Below, piece after piece: positions 42,115 through 53,650 of a DNA stretch of 64,000 bases. The notes below the pieces were generated by a model. It was not told where the DNA came from. It worked only from the letters and a program-made list of their open reading frames with translations, and searched no databases. The DNA comes from an uncultured Spirochaetota bacterium (GTDB lineage: Bacteria > Spirochaetota > Spirochaetia > SZUA-6 > CAVTHK01). Numbering within the stretch: position 1 is the stretch's first letter; every line of letters begins with the position of its first letter. A program made the position numbers and the translations under genes. The stretch is from positions 352,001-416,000 of the forward strand of contig CAVTHK010000007.1 of the NCBI GenBank assembly GCA_963734495.1. The letters run 5' to 3'.

Positions 42115-43112
42115 GGTTCACCTCCGCAACGTTGTTCGCCCTGAATGTTGAGGGAGGTCAGCGCGCGAATGTATCGGGAGGTGTGAGTGTTCTGCACTGA
42201 TGCTCTTTGAGTGCGGTGCTGGTAAGATCTGCCCACAGAACGGGCGCCTCCGGCCCCCTTCCCTACGCGTCGCAGAAGACTCCCGGATCTCCGGATTGGT
42301 TTCCCGGCAGTCTCGGCCCGCCGGCCTGGGTATTGGCACCCATGGCGGGATTCCCTTCCTGCGCCGGGTCGATTGTCGGCCAGTGCGTGTCCCGGCTCAT
42401 CAGGTGCAGGAGCTGCTGAGGGTCGTGGCCGCCGGGCTGGTAGCGGCGAGGCGTCTTCGAGGGGACAGCGCGACAGAAGCGCTCGGCACACAAAGACAAT
42501 GAGGCCGCGATGTTTGGGCTTCCGGGTCTTCTCCTCACCCTCACCCCCTCTGGCCCAGACGAGCGTGCCAACAAGGAGGTTGGCGCGGGTTTGGCTGCGG
42601 TCGGCCCCTGCCGATTTGCAGCGGATTTCAACTTCGGCTCGTTGCGGGGTGCCCCGAGCGCTCTACCGGCAGGCCGACAGCTTCCTTCGGTGAGAGCGCA
42701 ACGGACGCGGCCAGAGCCAGGAAGCCCGTCACACCTTCGTCGGCCATCAGGCCGCCAAACATCGCAGCTTCGCAGAGCGCGACACTGCTCTTGATGACTT
42801 CTTGCATGCAGTCGAGCGACTGATGCCCGGTCCGCGCGGGTCACGACGCATGATGATCCGCGGGCGAAGAGTGGGAGAAGCACGCCTCGCCGGGGCAGCT
42901 CCCCGATTGAGCCTACTGGCACCGCCGCTCCCGGAGACCAGTAGTGTCTGCAAGCCAGAACGAGACTGGCACCTCGGTCACCACACTGTGAGCGTCTTCC
43001 CGTTGCACATAGTTGATGAAACGCTCATCAACGCATATCCTCCATATCCGAGAGCGGAGCCGCCGACCAGCGAAAACGGCCAGAATGGCGCGTATATCCT
43101 GGCGCCGACCGG

Positions 43113-43158
43113 CTCGTAATGAGCAGGCCTGGGGTTCGATTCCCCATCCTGGCTGAAA
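43113..43158 (+). repeat. att-like duplicate of the tRNA-Thr 3' half
   Basis: Identical to 35529-35574; begins exactly at the 7-nt anticodon loop. Confidence 0.95.
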
Positions 43159-43396
43159 GGGAAGTCGAGGCAGAGTAAAGAGTCAGGCGCTGCAAGATCG
43201 CGGGGCCTTTTCGTCTGACATGCGCCGATCCGTGACGCACATGATATGCAGCTTCTCCCTCTCCGTTTTCACCTTGCTCGAGCGCAGGTCGGGATCGAGC
43301 CGTCTTGAGGGATGAGCGCGCGCTGCCGTTACCGCGGCCGTTCCCGAAGCCCACGGCGGCAAACAGACTGTGAAGCCGGTACCGGGATTGGATAGT

Positions 43397-43660
43397 TCAC
43401 TCGTAGTGCGTCCACATCCGAATGATCTTCACGACTCGTTCGCGCTCGTAGACCTGATACACGATCCGGTGCTGAATGTTCAGCCGTCTTGAGTACGCGC
43501 CACTGAGGTCACCGAGCAGCTTCTCGTAGGGCGGTGGGGTCTGAAAGGGATTCTGCTTGAGCGCCGCCAGAATGCGTTCAGCCTTCGGACGTAGCGCTGC
43601 GCGAGCAACCTGCCGCGCGTCCTTCTGGGCCTGTTTGGTGAATACGACCCTGTAGCTCAC
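43397..43660 (-). CDS. yoeB: Txe/YoeB family toxin
   Basis: FTKQAQKD, PPYEKLLGDLSGAYSRRLNIQHRIVYQV, MWTHYE; GTGA overlap with the antitoxin stop. Confidence 0.93.
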   Translation of the reverse strand: MSYRVVFTKQAQKDARQVARAALRPKAERILAALKQNPFQTPPPYEKLLGDLSGAYSRRLNIQHRIVYQVYERERVVKIIRMWTHYE

Positions 43661-43899
43661 CAGCCCGGGCTCTCGGAACACTTCTCGATAGGTTCGCGCA
43701 TGCCCTTGCGAATCGACTCCCGCATCCCCGGAATGGCGGACAGGTACAGGGTCTCCTGAATCGCCTTCCAGTCGTCCTCAGACACCAGAACCGCCGAGGT
43801 GCTCTTGCCGGTGATGGTCACCGGCTCGTGCGATTCGTTGACGTCATCGATGAGTCGATAGAGATTCTTGCGAGCATTAGTCGCGTTGACCGTACCCAT
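43657..43899 (-). CDS. yefM: Phd/YefM family antitoxin
   Basis: NATNARKNLYRLID, AVLVSEDDW..IQETLYL..IPGM. Confidence 0.93.
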   Translation of the reverse strand: MGTVNATNARKNLYRLIDDVNESHEPVTITGKSTSAVLVSEDDWKAIQETLYLSAIPGMRESIRKGMREPIEKCSESPGW

Positions 43900-43912
43900 A
43901 GGAAAGCTCCCA

Positions 43913-43965
43913 ACGTACGTTCTCACGTACGCATACAAGATAACCCATCGAGCGGCCGATGTAAA
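43913..43965 (-). promoter_or_regulatory. yefM-yoeB promoter and twin-palindrome operator
   Basis: TTTACA-17-TATCTT; CGTACG at 43914-19 and 43926-31 (12-bp spacing). Confidence 0.7.
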
Positions 43966-44214
43966 GCCGCCATGGAGGAATTCCTGCATCAGATCATCAA
44001 GGGAGACTTCATGCGCTCTGGCGATCTGCCGGAGCGTCCTGACCGAAATTCCCGCGGACGGGCATTTTCGACGATTGGTCCGTGCGTGAGCATGCTTCGA
44101 CCTCCTCGGTGCATCGTCTCCGAAAATTGATGACTTCGTAAGGGATTGTTTATGGTCATCCGGCCTCTCAGCGCCTATCTTGTGCAAGGAACAGGATGAG
44201 AGCCGGGGGGAAGA

Positions 44215-45666
44215 ATGAAAGGGCGTTCGGCGCACGCATACGTCATCGCGGCCTTCCTTGGGGCAGCCGGGCTCCTCTCGTTCTCGCAGGAGGCCGCTCC
44301 CGGGCCGGCTTCGGCATCGCCGACGACCTCTGCGCCGCCGGTGACCCTCGAGGAGTGCGTGGCTGCGGCGAAATCGGGAGCCCCCGGCTTGAAGCTCGCG
44401 GGAATCGCTCTCGACAGCGCCCGGGCTGCGCTGCGCCAGGTTCAGGGCGCGAACGCGCTGACTCTCGGGGCGACGACCGGCTACTCTCACCAGGGAGACG
44501 TCCCCGGCGTTTCGCAGGCAGCCGCCGCGTCGGCGGGCTCAGCGCTGCCGGGCGGCACGGGCGAGAACATCCAGGCGGGGCTGTCACTCGCCGGTCCGGC
44601 CACGAGCGTTGACCTCACCGGCCAGCACGCGATCGCGGATGAGAGCCCTGTCAGCCAGGCAACCACCGTCAGCCTCTCCGGCAGCCAGACGGTCTTTGAC
44701 GGCTACCCCGGCGGGCGCGCGTCGGCGGCCGTCAGGGCGGCCGACTATACGTATCAGGTTGCCCAGGTCACGTATGACTCGTCGCTCAAGAGCCTCGTGT
44801 ACCAGGTCAAGCAGGCGTACTACACGCTGCTCGGTGATCAGAGCACCGTCCAGGTCCGCGAGGCAACGGTGAAGCAGGCGAGCGACAACGTCAACTACGT
44901 GCAGGGGCTGTTCGGCGTCCAGCGCGCTACGAAGCTCGACGTCCTTCAGGTTCAGTTCACCCTGAACCAGGCACAGCTCGACCTGCGGTCTGCGGAGAAC
45001 GCCGTGGAAACGGACCGGAAGAAGCTCTCCCTCGCGATCGGGTGGCCGCTGGACAAGCAGTACCAGGTCGCGGAGATCGCGGCTCCCGCCGTTCCGTCCG
45101 CCGACCCGACGGCGGCGCTGACCACCGCCTTTGAGAACCGCCCGGAGCTGAGGACGCTGGCGCTGAACAGGGCCTCCGCAGACGTCTCCCTGAAGCTCCA
45201 GAAGAGCCAGTATTCGCCGGTGGTGTCGCTGACCGGTTCACTGGACGTCGGGCAGAACTGGACAACGAACGTGAACAGCGGGACCTTCAGCGCCGGCGTC
45301 AAGATCGCGCTGCCGCCGATCTACGACGCGGGCCAGCAGAGCGCAAAGGTTCAGCAGGCCTCCGACCAGGTTTCTTCGTTCGCAGTTCAGGACGGCCAGC
45401 AGCGGCAGAGCATCACCATCGACGTGCAGAGCGCGCTGTTCGGCGTGAACGACGCGCAGAACCGCCTCGACCTGGCGCAGCTGAACGTGCAGCAGGCGCA
45501 GGGACAGTACGATCTGGAGAAGGCCAGGTACGCCGTCGGGCTGCGGACGACGCTGGACGTGCTCACGGCCTTTTCAACGCTTACGACCGCGCAGGTCGGG
45601 CTCGTTCAGGCCAGGAGCAACTACGCGCTGGCCATACTGAACCTGAGCAACGTCATGGGGCTGTGA
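44215..45666 (+). CDS. TolC-family outer membrane efflux protein
   Basis: Signal peptide, VTLEECV, two OEP-like repeats (VKQAYY, NRPEL, RYAVG..TTLDVL). Confidence 0.85.
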   Translation: MKGRSAHAYVIAAFLGAAGLLSFSQEAAPGPASASPTTSAPPVTLEECVAAAKSGAPGLKLAGIALDSARAALRQVQGANALTLGATTGYSHQGDVPGVSQAAAASAGSALPGGTGENIQAGLSLAGPATSVDLTGQHAIADESPVSQATTVSLSGSQTVFDGYPGGRASAAVRAADYTYQVAQVTYDSSLKSLVYQVKQAYYTLLGDQSTVQVREATVKQASDNVNYVQGLFGVQRATKLDVLQVQFTLNQAQLDLRSAENAVETDRKKLSLAIGWPLDKQYQVAEIAAPAVPSADPTAALTTAFENRPELRTLALNRASADVSLKLQKSQYSPVVSLTGSLDVGQNWTTNVNSGTFSAGVKIALPPIYDAGQQSAKVQQASDQVSSFAVQDGQQRQSITIDVQSALFGVNDAQNRLDLAQLNVQQAQGQYDLEKARYAVGLRTTLDVLTAFSTLTTAQVGLVQARSNYALAILNLSNVMGL

Positions 45667-45680
45667 GTGGAGGGGATCCG

Positions 45681-47248
45681 ATGAAAATGAGACCGAGGGT
45701 GTTCATCATCGCGGGGGTAGTGCTCGTTGTCGTGATCGGGGCCTTTGTCGTGGTGCGTCCCCTGATGTCCCGGCGGGACGGCATCTCCTACGTCACACGG
45801 CCCGTCGGGTACGCCGACATCTCGGCGACGGTCAACGAGACCGGGACGGTCAACCCCGTGGACCAGGTGCTGGTCGGCAGCGAAGTCTCGGGGACCATCC
45901 GCACGCTCGGCGCGGACTTCAACTCCAAGGTGACCAGGGGGCAGGTCCTCGCCACCCTCGATCCCACGACGTTCAAGGCCGCTGTCGACTCGGCCCAGGC
46001 GAACCTCATGCTGGTGCAGGCCAGTCTCGACAGCGCGCGGGTGAATGTCGGCAAGGCCAAGGCTCAGCTGGACATGGCCAACCTGACGCTGCAGCGCGAT
46101 GAGACGCTCGCCAAGCAGGACTTCATCAACCAGAACCAGGTTGACGTCGATCGGACCGCGGCCCAGACCGCCCAGCAGGACTACCTCGGATCGCAGGCCG
46201 CTGTCCGGGTGGCGGAGGCCCAGGTCTCGGTCTCCAGGGGTCAGCTCGAGCAGGCCCAGTACAACCTGTCCAAGACCGTGATCCTCAGCCCCTTTGACGG
46301 CATCGTGATGGCTCGCAACGTGAGCGTCGGACAGACCGTGGCGGCATCGCTCTCGGCGCCCACGCTGTTCACGATCGCGACGAGCCTCGCGGACATGCAG
46401 GTAGACACCTCCGTGGACGAGGCCGACGTCGGCAGCGTCCGCGCCGGACAGGCCGCGGAGATCACGGTGAATGCGTTCCCCAACGTGGTCTTTTCGGGAA
46501 CCGTCGAGCAGGTCAGGATCAACCCGACCGTCACCCAGAACGTCGTGACCTACGACGCAGTCGTGCGCGTCCACGACACCTCGGGCAGGCTGCTGCCCGG
46601 CATGACGGCTCAGGTGACGATCGAGGTCGGCAGGAGGCAGCAGGTGCTCGCCGTTCCGATCGCCGCGGTCCTCTATCGCCCGCTCGCGGCTCAGCCTGCG
46701 TCGAGCGGCGGGTTCGGCGCTGGCGGCGGATTCGGGGCTGGGGTCGTTCAGACCGCGGCTTCGGCACCGGTGGCCGGAGCGCCCGGGAGCCAGGTCACGG
46801 TTTGGGTGCTGCGCAACGGCCGCCCGACGCCGGTTCAGGTCGTGATCGGGCTGACGGACGGAAAGAGCATCGAGATCACCGGCGGCGGCCTGCAAGCCGG
46901 GGACCCCATCATCACGGCTCAGCGCCGCGGATCGGGCAGAGGCGGACCTTCGGGGAGACAGGGTGGAGCGGTTCAGTCCGCGAACACGCCCGCCAGGGGC
47001 CCGGCAGGCGCGGCCGGTGTCGCGCCGCCGGCCGGCTCGTCCGCCAACGCACCGGCCGCCCTCTCGAGCGGCGCGGGCAGCCGTCCTGACGGGAGCTCGT
47101 CACCCGCCGCTCCGGCCCGGGCGGGCGAGGCGACAAGCGCGTCGAGCAGTCAGGCGGTTGACGGGAAGGCGCTCCCCTCAGACCGCCCGACTCGAGGCCG
47201 GCGGGTGCAGCCAAAGGACACCCCGAACGACGCAGCGGGGGCTACCCC

Positions 47249-47252
<4 letters not shown>
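45681..47252 (+). CDS. MacA-like periplasmic adaptor with low-complexity C-terminal tail
   Basis: VGSEVSG, DFNSKV, SPFDGIV, VGQTVAAS, VDEADVG, LLPGMTA. Confidence 0.88.
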
Positions 47253-48003
<751 letters not shown>

Positions 48004-48007
<4 letters not shown>

Positions 48008-49221
48008 GCCTCATGGTTCTCATCCGGACGGCGTGGAAGGCGCTGCAGCGGAATGTCAGCCGGTCCCTCCTGACGATGCTGGGCATCATCATCGGCGTGG
48101 GCGCCGTGATCGCCTCGATGGCCATCGGCGCGGGAGCCCAGGCGGCCGTGCTCAAGCAGATCGAGAGCCTGGGCGCCAACCTGGTGGTCATCACCCCAGG
48201 CAGCATCACCAGCGGGGGTGTGAGGCTCGGGGGCGGGACCCGCACGTCGCTGCGACAGACCGACGTCGCCTCCATCGCCGGAATCATCCCGAACGTGGCC
48301 GCCGCCGCCCCCTATTCGCAGACCAGCGGGCAGGTGGTTGCCGCGGGCGCCAACTGGTCGACGAGCGTCGGAGGGACGACTCCTGCCTGGTTCACGATCG
48401 GAAGCTGGAACATCGCCCAGGGGCGCATTTTCACCGACGACGAGGTCGCGAGGGTGGCGAAGGTCGCGGTGCTCGGCAGCACGGTGGCCGCGAACCTCTT
48501 TCCCACGGGGAGCGGGATCGGGGCGACTGTGGTGATCAAGAGCGTTCCGTTCAAGGTGACCGGAGTGCTCGCCTCGAAAGGGCAGACCGGCTTCGGCAGG
48601 GACCAGGACGACGTGGTGATCGTGCCGATCACCTCGCACCAGCAGCTGCTGACGGGTCAGTCGTGGGTCAACAGCATCCAGGTTTCCGCATCCACTCCGG
48701 ACGCGGTGCCGGGCGTCATCGACTCCACCGAGCGCCTCATGCGCCTTCTGCACCACTTGTCCCCTCGCGACAGCGACGACTTCACCATCCGCAACGTGGC
48801 GAACGTCCAGCAGGTGCGCATCGCCACCACCCAGACCCAGGCGCTCCTGCTTGCGGCCGTCGCCGTCGTCTCGCTGGTGGTCGGGGGAATCGGGATCATG
48901 AACATCATGCTGGTCTCGGTGACCGAGCGTACCCGCGAGATCGGGCTGCGCATGGCCGTCGGCGCCCCCGGCCGCTACATTCTGCTGCAGTTCCTCATCG
49001 AGGCTCTCATGATGGCGAGCGCCGGCGGCGTGATCGGCATCGGCATGGGCATCGCCACCTCGTACCTGGTGTCGTTGGTGGGCAATTGGCCGACGGTGAT
49101 CACGGCGTTCTCCGTCGTCCTCGGATTCGTGTCCGCCGTGGTCACAGGGGTCGTGTTCGGATTCTACCCCGCCCAGCGGGCGGCCGCCCTGGACCCGATC
49201 GACGCCCTGCGTTACGAGTAG
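48004..49221 (+). CDS. MacB-type ABC permease
   Basis: RSLLTMLGIIIGV, VGGIGIMNIMLVSVTERTREIG, PA.RAA.LDPIDALRYE. Confidence 0.93.
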
Positions 49222-49263
49222 AGCGAGCGCGCGCGTCGGCCTCTCGCGCACGGCGCCGGCTGT

Positions 49264-51422
49264 CTACCCCGCGAGCGCGTCCAGTATCGCGATGTAGGAG
49301 TCGGTCTCCTTTCGGAAATCCTTCAGGAAGGAGTTGTCCTCGACGCGGCCCAGGACGGCGATCATCTCCTCATCGCTCTCGTACAACATCCTCCGATAGG
49401 GGTCCTCGTAGTCCTTTCGGCGGGATGAATACGCCGAGTCGCAGACGGAGGCAAAGGTGTCGCGCGTGGTGCGCAGAAGCGACTTCCACCCGCCGGCGTC
49501 CATGGAGCCGATCTCGAGCTGCGAGCGCCTGCTCGAGCACGAAGAGGGCGTAGCGGGCCTTCTTCTGCGGATAGCCGGCCCAGAGCTCGTTGTAGCGAGC
49601 ATGCACCGCGTCCCAGCTCGCCGAGGGATCCCGGACTTGAGGTCGGCCTTGAGCGCGTCGAGGTCCTTCTTCGCGATGACCTGGCCCCCGCAGTTCACCC
49701 ACTGCTCGGCGTTCTCCGTCGAATGGAGAGACTCGACCCCCTTGAGAAAGGACGGGAGGGAGGTTCGGGTGTCGGCTCGGAGGAAGTCGACGAGCGTCTT
49801 GACCGCGAAGTACGCGCAGAAGTCGCGGTAGTGCTTCCAGCCCCGTGCGGGCTTCTCGATGCGTCCGCCGAAGCGTTTCATGCACGCCGCGTCTTCGAGC
49901 GCGCTCTCGTCGCCGCGCGATCGCGACGAGGATTTCGCGTCCCGTCGCGCGCGGCGTCGGCGGCCCCGCCGCCCCGGCCGCGCAGGAGTCTCCAGCCGGG
50001 CCATCGCCGCCAGGATCTCCTGCACGGTGTCGGGGGCGAGGTAGTCGATCTCGATGTTCTGGTCCCTCACCTTGCGCAGGTCGCGCCTGCGGAACTTCCA
50101 GGAATTGCGGGCCATCGCGTACATGTTGTGCACGAACCAGTACGCGGGCATGAGATGCACGGCCTCGTCCGCGGGGTCGAGAAAGACCAGGGAGAACGGG
50201 TACGGGATGTCCAGCTCGTAGGAATACGAGCCCTTGGCCACGAGGACGAACGACGCGAAGCGGCTGTTGTGCTTGAAGTTGGTGCACAGCCCGGGCCAGA
50301 ACCCGCGGCCCGCCACGATCTCGCCGTCGGGGGCGCGGGAGTTGTGGTTGGAGCCGATGGTGGCCCCCGCCGCGATGTTCGACTGCCCCATGATCGTCGC
50401 GGCGATGAGGAACGAGTTGTTGTGATGCTGCTCGTGGAACGGGAAGATGAGGTTGTTGAGCAGCTCGCAGCAGGAGACCGTGGAATTGTCCCCGAGCACC
50501 GAGTTCAGCAGGCGCGCGCCGTACTTGAGCTGGACGTTGCGCCCGGTCACGAAGCGGATCGCCTTGGCCTCGTAGAAGATGCGGTTGCCGTATCCCACGA
50601 TCCCGTTGACGAGCTCGACGCCCTCGCCGATCTGCGGAGCTTCTCGTCGCTGGACGACAGGATGGTGATGTTCTTGAGCTTGTTGGCGCCCTTGACGTAG
50701 GCGTCGGTGCCGATCTTGACGTCCTTGATGATGCCGCAGTCCTTGATGACGGTGCGGGCGCCGACCTCTCCGTAGGTCCCGCGCTCGGGGCTGAACCGCG
50801 CCTCGGTGATCTCGACGAGCCGCGCGAGGAGCTTCTCGTCGCCGCGGTGCTTCGACCACACCTAGGCGTCGGCGGGGAGCATGCCCTCGAACGGAAGAAT
50901 CGCCCTGCCCGCGTTCTCGTTGCCGACCTCGAGCCAGATCCTGACGCCCTCTTCCTCCCCCTTCTTGAGCACGCCGTTGCCGAACTTCGCGTGATTGGTG
51001 CAGAGCATCTCGTCGACGTTGAAGATGATGCAGGAGTCGCCGATCGTGTAGTGCGCGAGGTAGTGCACGTCGCGGATCGCCACGTTGTTCCCGATGCGGC
51101 ATGACATGATGGTGGAGTTGCGGATGCCCACGGGGAGCCTGAGGTCGTGGTACTCGACGAACTTGGGCTCGAGGTCGCCAAAGAGCACGCGGCCGTAGAA
51201 TTCGCAGTTGATGATCAGGTTTGGAGTGAATGCCTCGGTGACGAGGATGTCCTCCCAGCTTTCCGCGTAGTTGTTGTTCTTGACGAGGGCGGCGATCTCG
51301 TCGGCGTGGAGCGCCCGGAGCCTGGCGCTGCCGCGGCCGTCGTCAGCGCCGCCGTCACGGCCCCCGGGCATAAAGGTGCTCGAGATGTCTTCGATCGGTT
51401 CTATATGGATGGTGTCCGACAT
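49264..51422 (-). CDS. DUF4954 family protein; in-frame TAG at 50862-64 and several frameshifts
   Basis: Beta-helix-like repeats; FGNG, NENAGR, SCCELLN, HEQHHNNSFLIA, GSNHNSR; ATG 7 nt after TGGACG-17-TATAAT. Confidence 0.75.
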
Positions 51423-51524
51423 GAGCTGGATTATAGGTTCAGGCGGCCGGGCCGTCCATAAAAGGTTTTGACGCGTCGACATCGAGCCCCTAAACTGGGG
51501 CGATCAGCGCCGAGGAGGGGCAAC

Positions 51525-52484
51525 GTGGGCTTAACAGTAGCGGTGACCAGGAATTTCGATCACATGAGCGAAGTGGCCGCGGTCATCTTTGGCAGGACGC
51601 TCGACCGGGTGCTCAAGGAAAAGAAGGAGGCCGTTCTCGGGCTCGCGACGGGGAGCTCCCCCACGGGGCTGTACAAGCATCTCGCCAGGGCGGCCAACGC
51701 CGGCGAGCTCGACGCGAGGCGCGTGCGCACCTTCAACCTGGACGAATACATCGGGCTGCCGGGGGACAACGCCCAGCAGCGGGTGCTCCACCCGGAAAGC
51801 TATGCCTTCTTCATGATCCAGGAGCTCTTCTCCCTGCTCAACCCCAGGTTCGCGGAAACCAGCCTGCCTGGCGGAGCGCTCGTCGAGCAGGACACGCTCG
51901 AGGAGGAGATGGCGCGCAACCCCCGCGACTGGGAATACCGCGGCGACGGCAGCGGGAAATCGCTTGTCATCAAGGATTCGGCAGCCTCGAAGTACCTCGC
52001 GTGGGTCAGGGACGAGATCCAGAGGGGCTACGAGCGCCGGATCAAGGCGGCCGGGGGCATCGATATTCAGGTCATAGGGGTCGGAGGCAACGGGCACGTC
52101 GCCTTTCACGAGTCGGGGATCCCGTTCGAGGGGAGCCGGGTGCTGATCGTCAGGATGGACGAAAAGACGATCCGCGACGCGGTTGCCGACGGCCACTTCG
52201 CGACGGAAAGGGAGAGCCCTCGCTTTGCGGTGAGCATGGGAGCCGAGCTCGTGTACGAGGCACGAAACATCGTCCTGCTCGCCAGCGGCGAGAGAAAGCG
52301 CGTCCCGGTCGCCCGGAGCCTCCTCGAAGAGCCGAGCCCGCGGGTCCCCATCTCCTGCGGGCAGACCTACGCGAAGCGCGGCGGGAACCTCGTCTACGTC
52401 GTCGACGCCATGGCCGGCGCGGATCTCGTAAGCTCCGGGCCGGCTCTCGCGAGGCGCGGGATAGAGCTGCAGGACATGCGCTGA
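51525..52484 (+). CDS. nagB: Glucosamine-6-phosphate deaminase-like protein with internal insertion
   Basis: LGLATGSSP, TFNLDEY, GGIDIQVIGVGGNGHVAF; promoter TTGACG-17-TAAACT and AGGAGG RBS. Confidence 0.7.
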   Translation: MGLTVAVTRNFDHMSEVAAVIFGRTLDRVLKEKKEAVLGLATGSSPTGLYKHLARAANAGELDARRVRTFNLDEYIGLPGDNAQQRVLHPESYAFFMIQELFSLLNPRFAETSLPGGALVEQDTLEEEMARNPRDWEYRGDGSGKSLVIKDSAASKYLAWVRDEIQRGYERRIKAAGGIDIQVIGVGGNGHVAFHESGIPFEGSRVLIVRMDEKTIRDAVADGHFATERESPRFAVSMGAELVYEARNIVLLASGERKRVPVARSLLEEPSPRVPISCGQTYAKRGGNLVYVVDAMAGADLVSSGPALARRGIELQDMR

Positions 52485-52580
52485 GCACTCGGCCCCCGCG
52501 CGGTTGACAGGCGGGCCTCGCCCGCGAAGACTCGAGCGACGCGCCGGCAGGCGAATCCCCGGAGCACGGAGGAAGAGGAG

Positions 52581-53627
52581 ATGCAGGAAACGCGGGTCGA
52601 TGGGCGCGAGCTTCAGGATTTCACAACGAAGGTCTTCGCGGGGCTGGGCATGCCCCTCGCCGACGCGGCGAAAGAAGCGGAGGTGCTGGTGTGGGCCAAC
52701 CTGCGCGGCGTGGATTCCCACGGGGTCCAGCGCGTCGCCGAGTACAGCCGCGCCGTCGACGAAGGGCGCATGAACGTGCGCCCGAAGATCCGCGTCGAAA
52801 AGGAGACGGCGGCGATCCTGCTGATAGAAGCCGATCGGGCCTTCGGGCCCGTCGTCACCACGCTGGCGATGGACAAGGTGATCGCCAAGGCGCGCCAGGT
52901 CGGCATCGGGTGGGCCTTGATCCGCAACACGACTCACCAGGGCGCCATGGCCTACTACTCGCGCATCGCCGCCGAACAGGGGCTGGCCGGACTCGCCGTC
53001 GTCTGCAATCCGCCTAACACGGCCCCTCCCGGCGCGAAGGCGGCCGGCGTCCACAACAGCCCGATCTCGATCGCGGTGCCTGGCGGGAGCCACGGCCCGC
53101 TCTGCCTCGACATGGCCACGAGCGTGGCCGCATGGGGCAAGGTGCAGGTCGCCATCGACAAGGGCGTCCCCATCCCGGAGGACTGGGCCCTCGACGCGCA
53201 GGGACGGCCCACCACCGATCCCGCGACCGCCAAGCTCCTGCGGCCGGCCGGCTCCTACAAGGGCTACGGTCTCGCGCTGCTCTTCGAGTGCCTGTCGAGC
53301 CTGATGGTGGGGAACCCGCTGCTGACCTCGACCATTCTGCAGCGCAATCCGGTGCTGCCGGGCACGCAGAACAGCTTCGTGGCGGCCATCGATGTCGCGC
53401 AGTTCACCGACGTCGAGGAGTACAGGCGGAACGTGGACCAGCTCGTGGAAACGATGCGCGGGCTGCCCGTGGTCGCGGGAGCGCCGTCGATCATGGTGCC
53501 CGGCGACCCCGAGGAGCGCGTCTACCGTGAGCGGGCGAGCAAGGGCATCCCTGTGCCGCCCGGAACGGCCGCGAAATTGCGCGCGGCTGCGGAGAGGTTC
53601 AAGCTCAAATTGCCTGCGGGTCTCTAG
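52581..53627 (+). CDS. Ldh_2 family (malate/L-sulfolactate/ureidoglycolate-type) dehydrogenase
   Basis: NLRGVDSHG, LDMATS, GSYKGYGL, PGDPE. Confidence 0.88.
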   Translation: MQETRVDGRELQDFTTKVFAGLGMPLADAAKEAEVLVWANLRGVDSHGVQRVAEYSRAVDEGRMNVRPKIRVEKETAAILLIEADRAFGPVVTTLAMDKVIAKARQVGIGWALIRNTTHQGAMAYYSRIAAEQGLAGLAVVCNPPNTAPPGAKAAGVHNSPISIAVPGGSHGPLCLDMATSVAAWGKVQVAIDKGVPIPEDWALDAQGRPTTDPATAKLLRPAGSYKGYGLALLFECLSSLMVGNPLLTSTILQRNPVLPGTQNSFVAAIDVAQFTDVEEYRRNVDQLVETMRGLPVVAGAPSIMVPGDPEERVYRERASKGIPVPPGTAAKLRAAAERFKLKLPAGL

Positions 53628-53650
53628 GCCGCCCGGCGGCGGCCTTCAAC

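Larger units (their letters stand above)
35529..43158. mobile_element. tRNA-Thr-integrated genomic island (~7.5 kb) with no recognisable integrase
   Basis: Exact 46-bp direct repeat CTCGTAATGAGCAGGCCTGGGGTTCGATTCCCCATCCTGGCTGAAA at 35529-35574 and 43113-43158; visibly lower GC and accessory cargo. Confidence 0.85.

Noticed and set aside
43113..43158. Second tRNA-Thr gene
   Set aside because: Only the 3' half is present, with no D arm or 5' acceptor strand; it is an att duplicate
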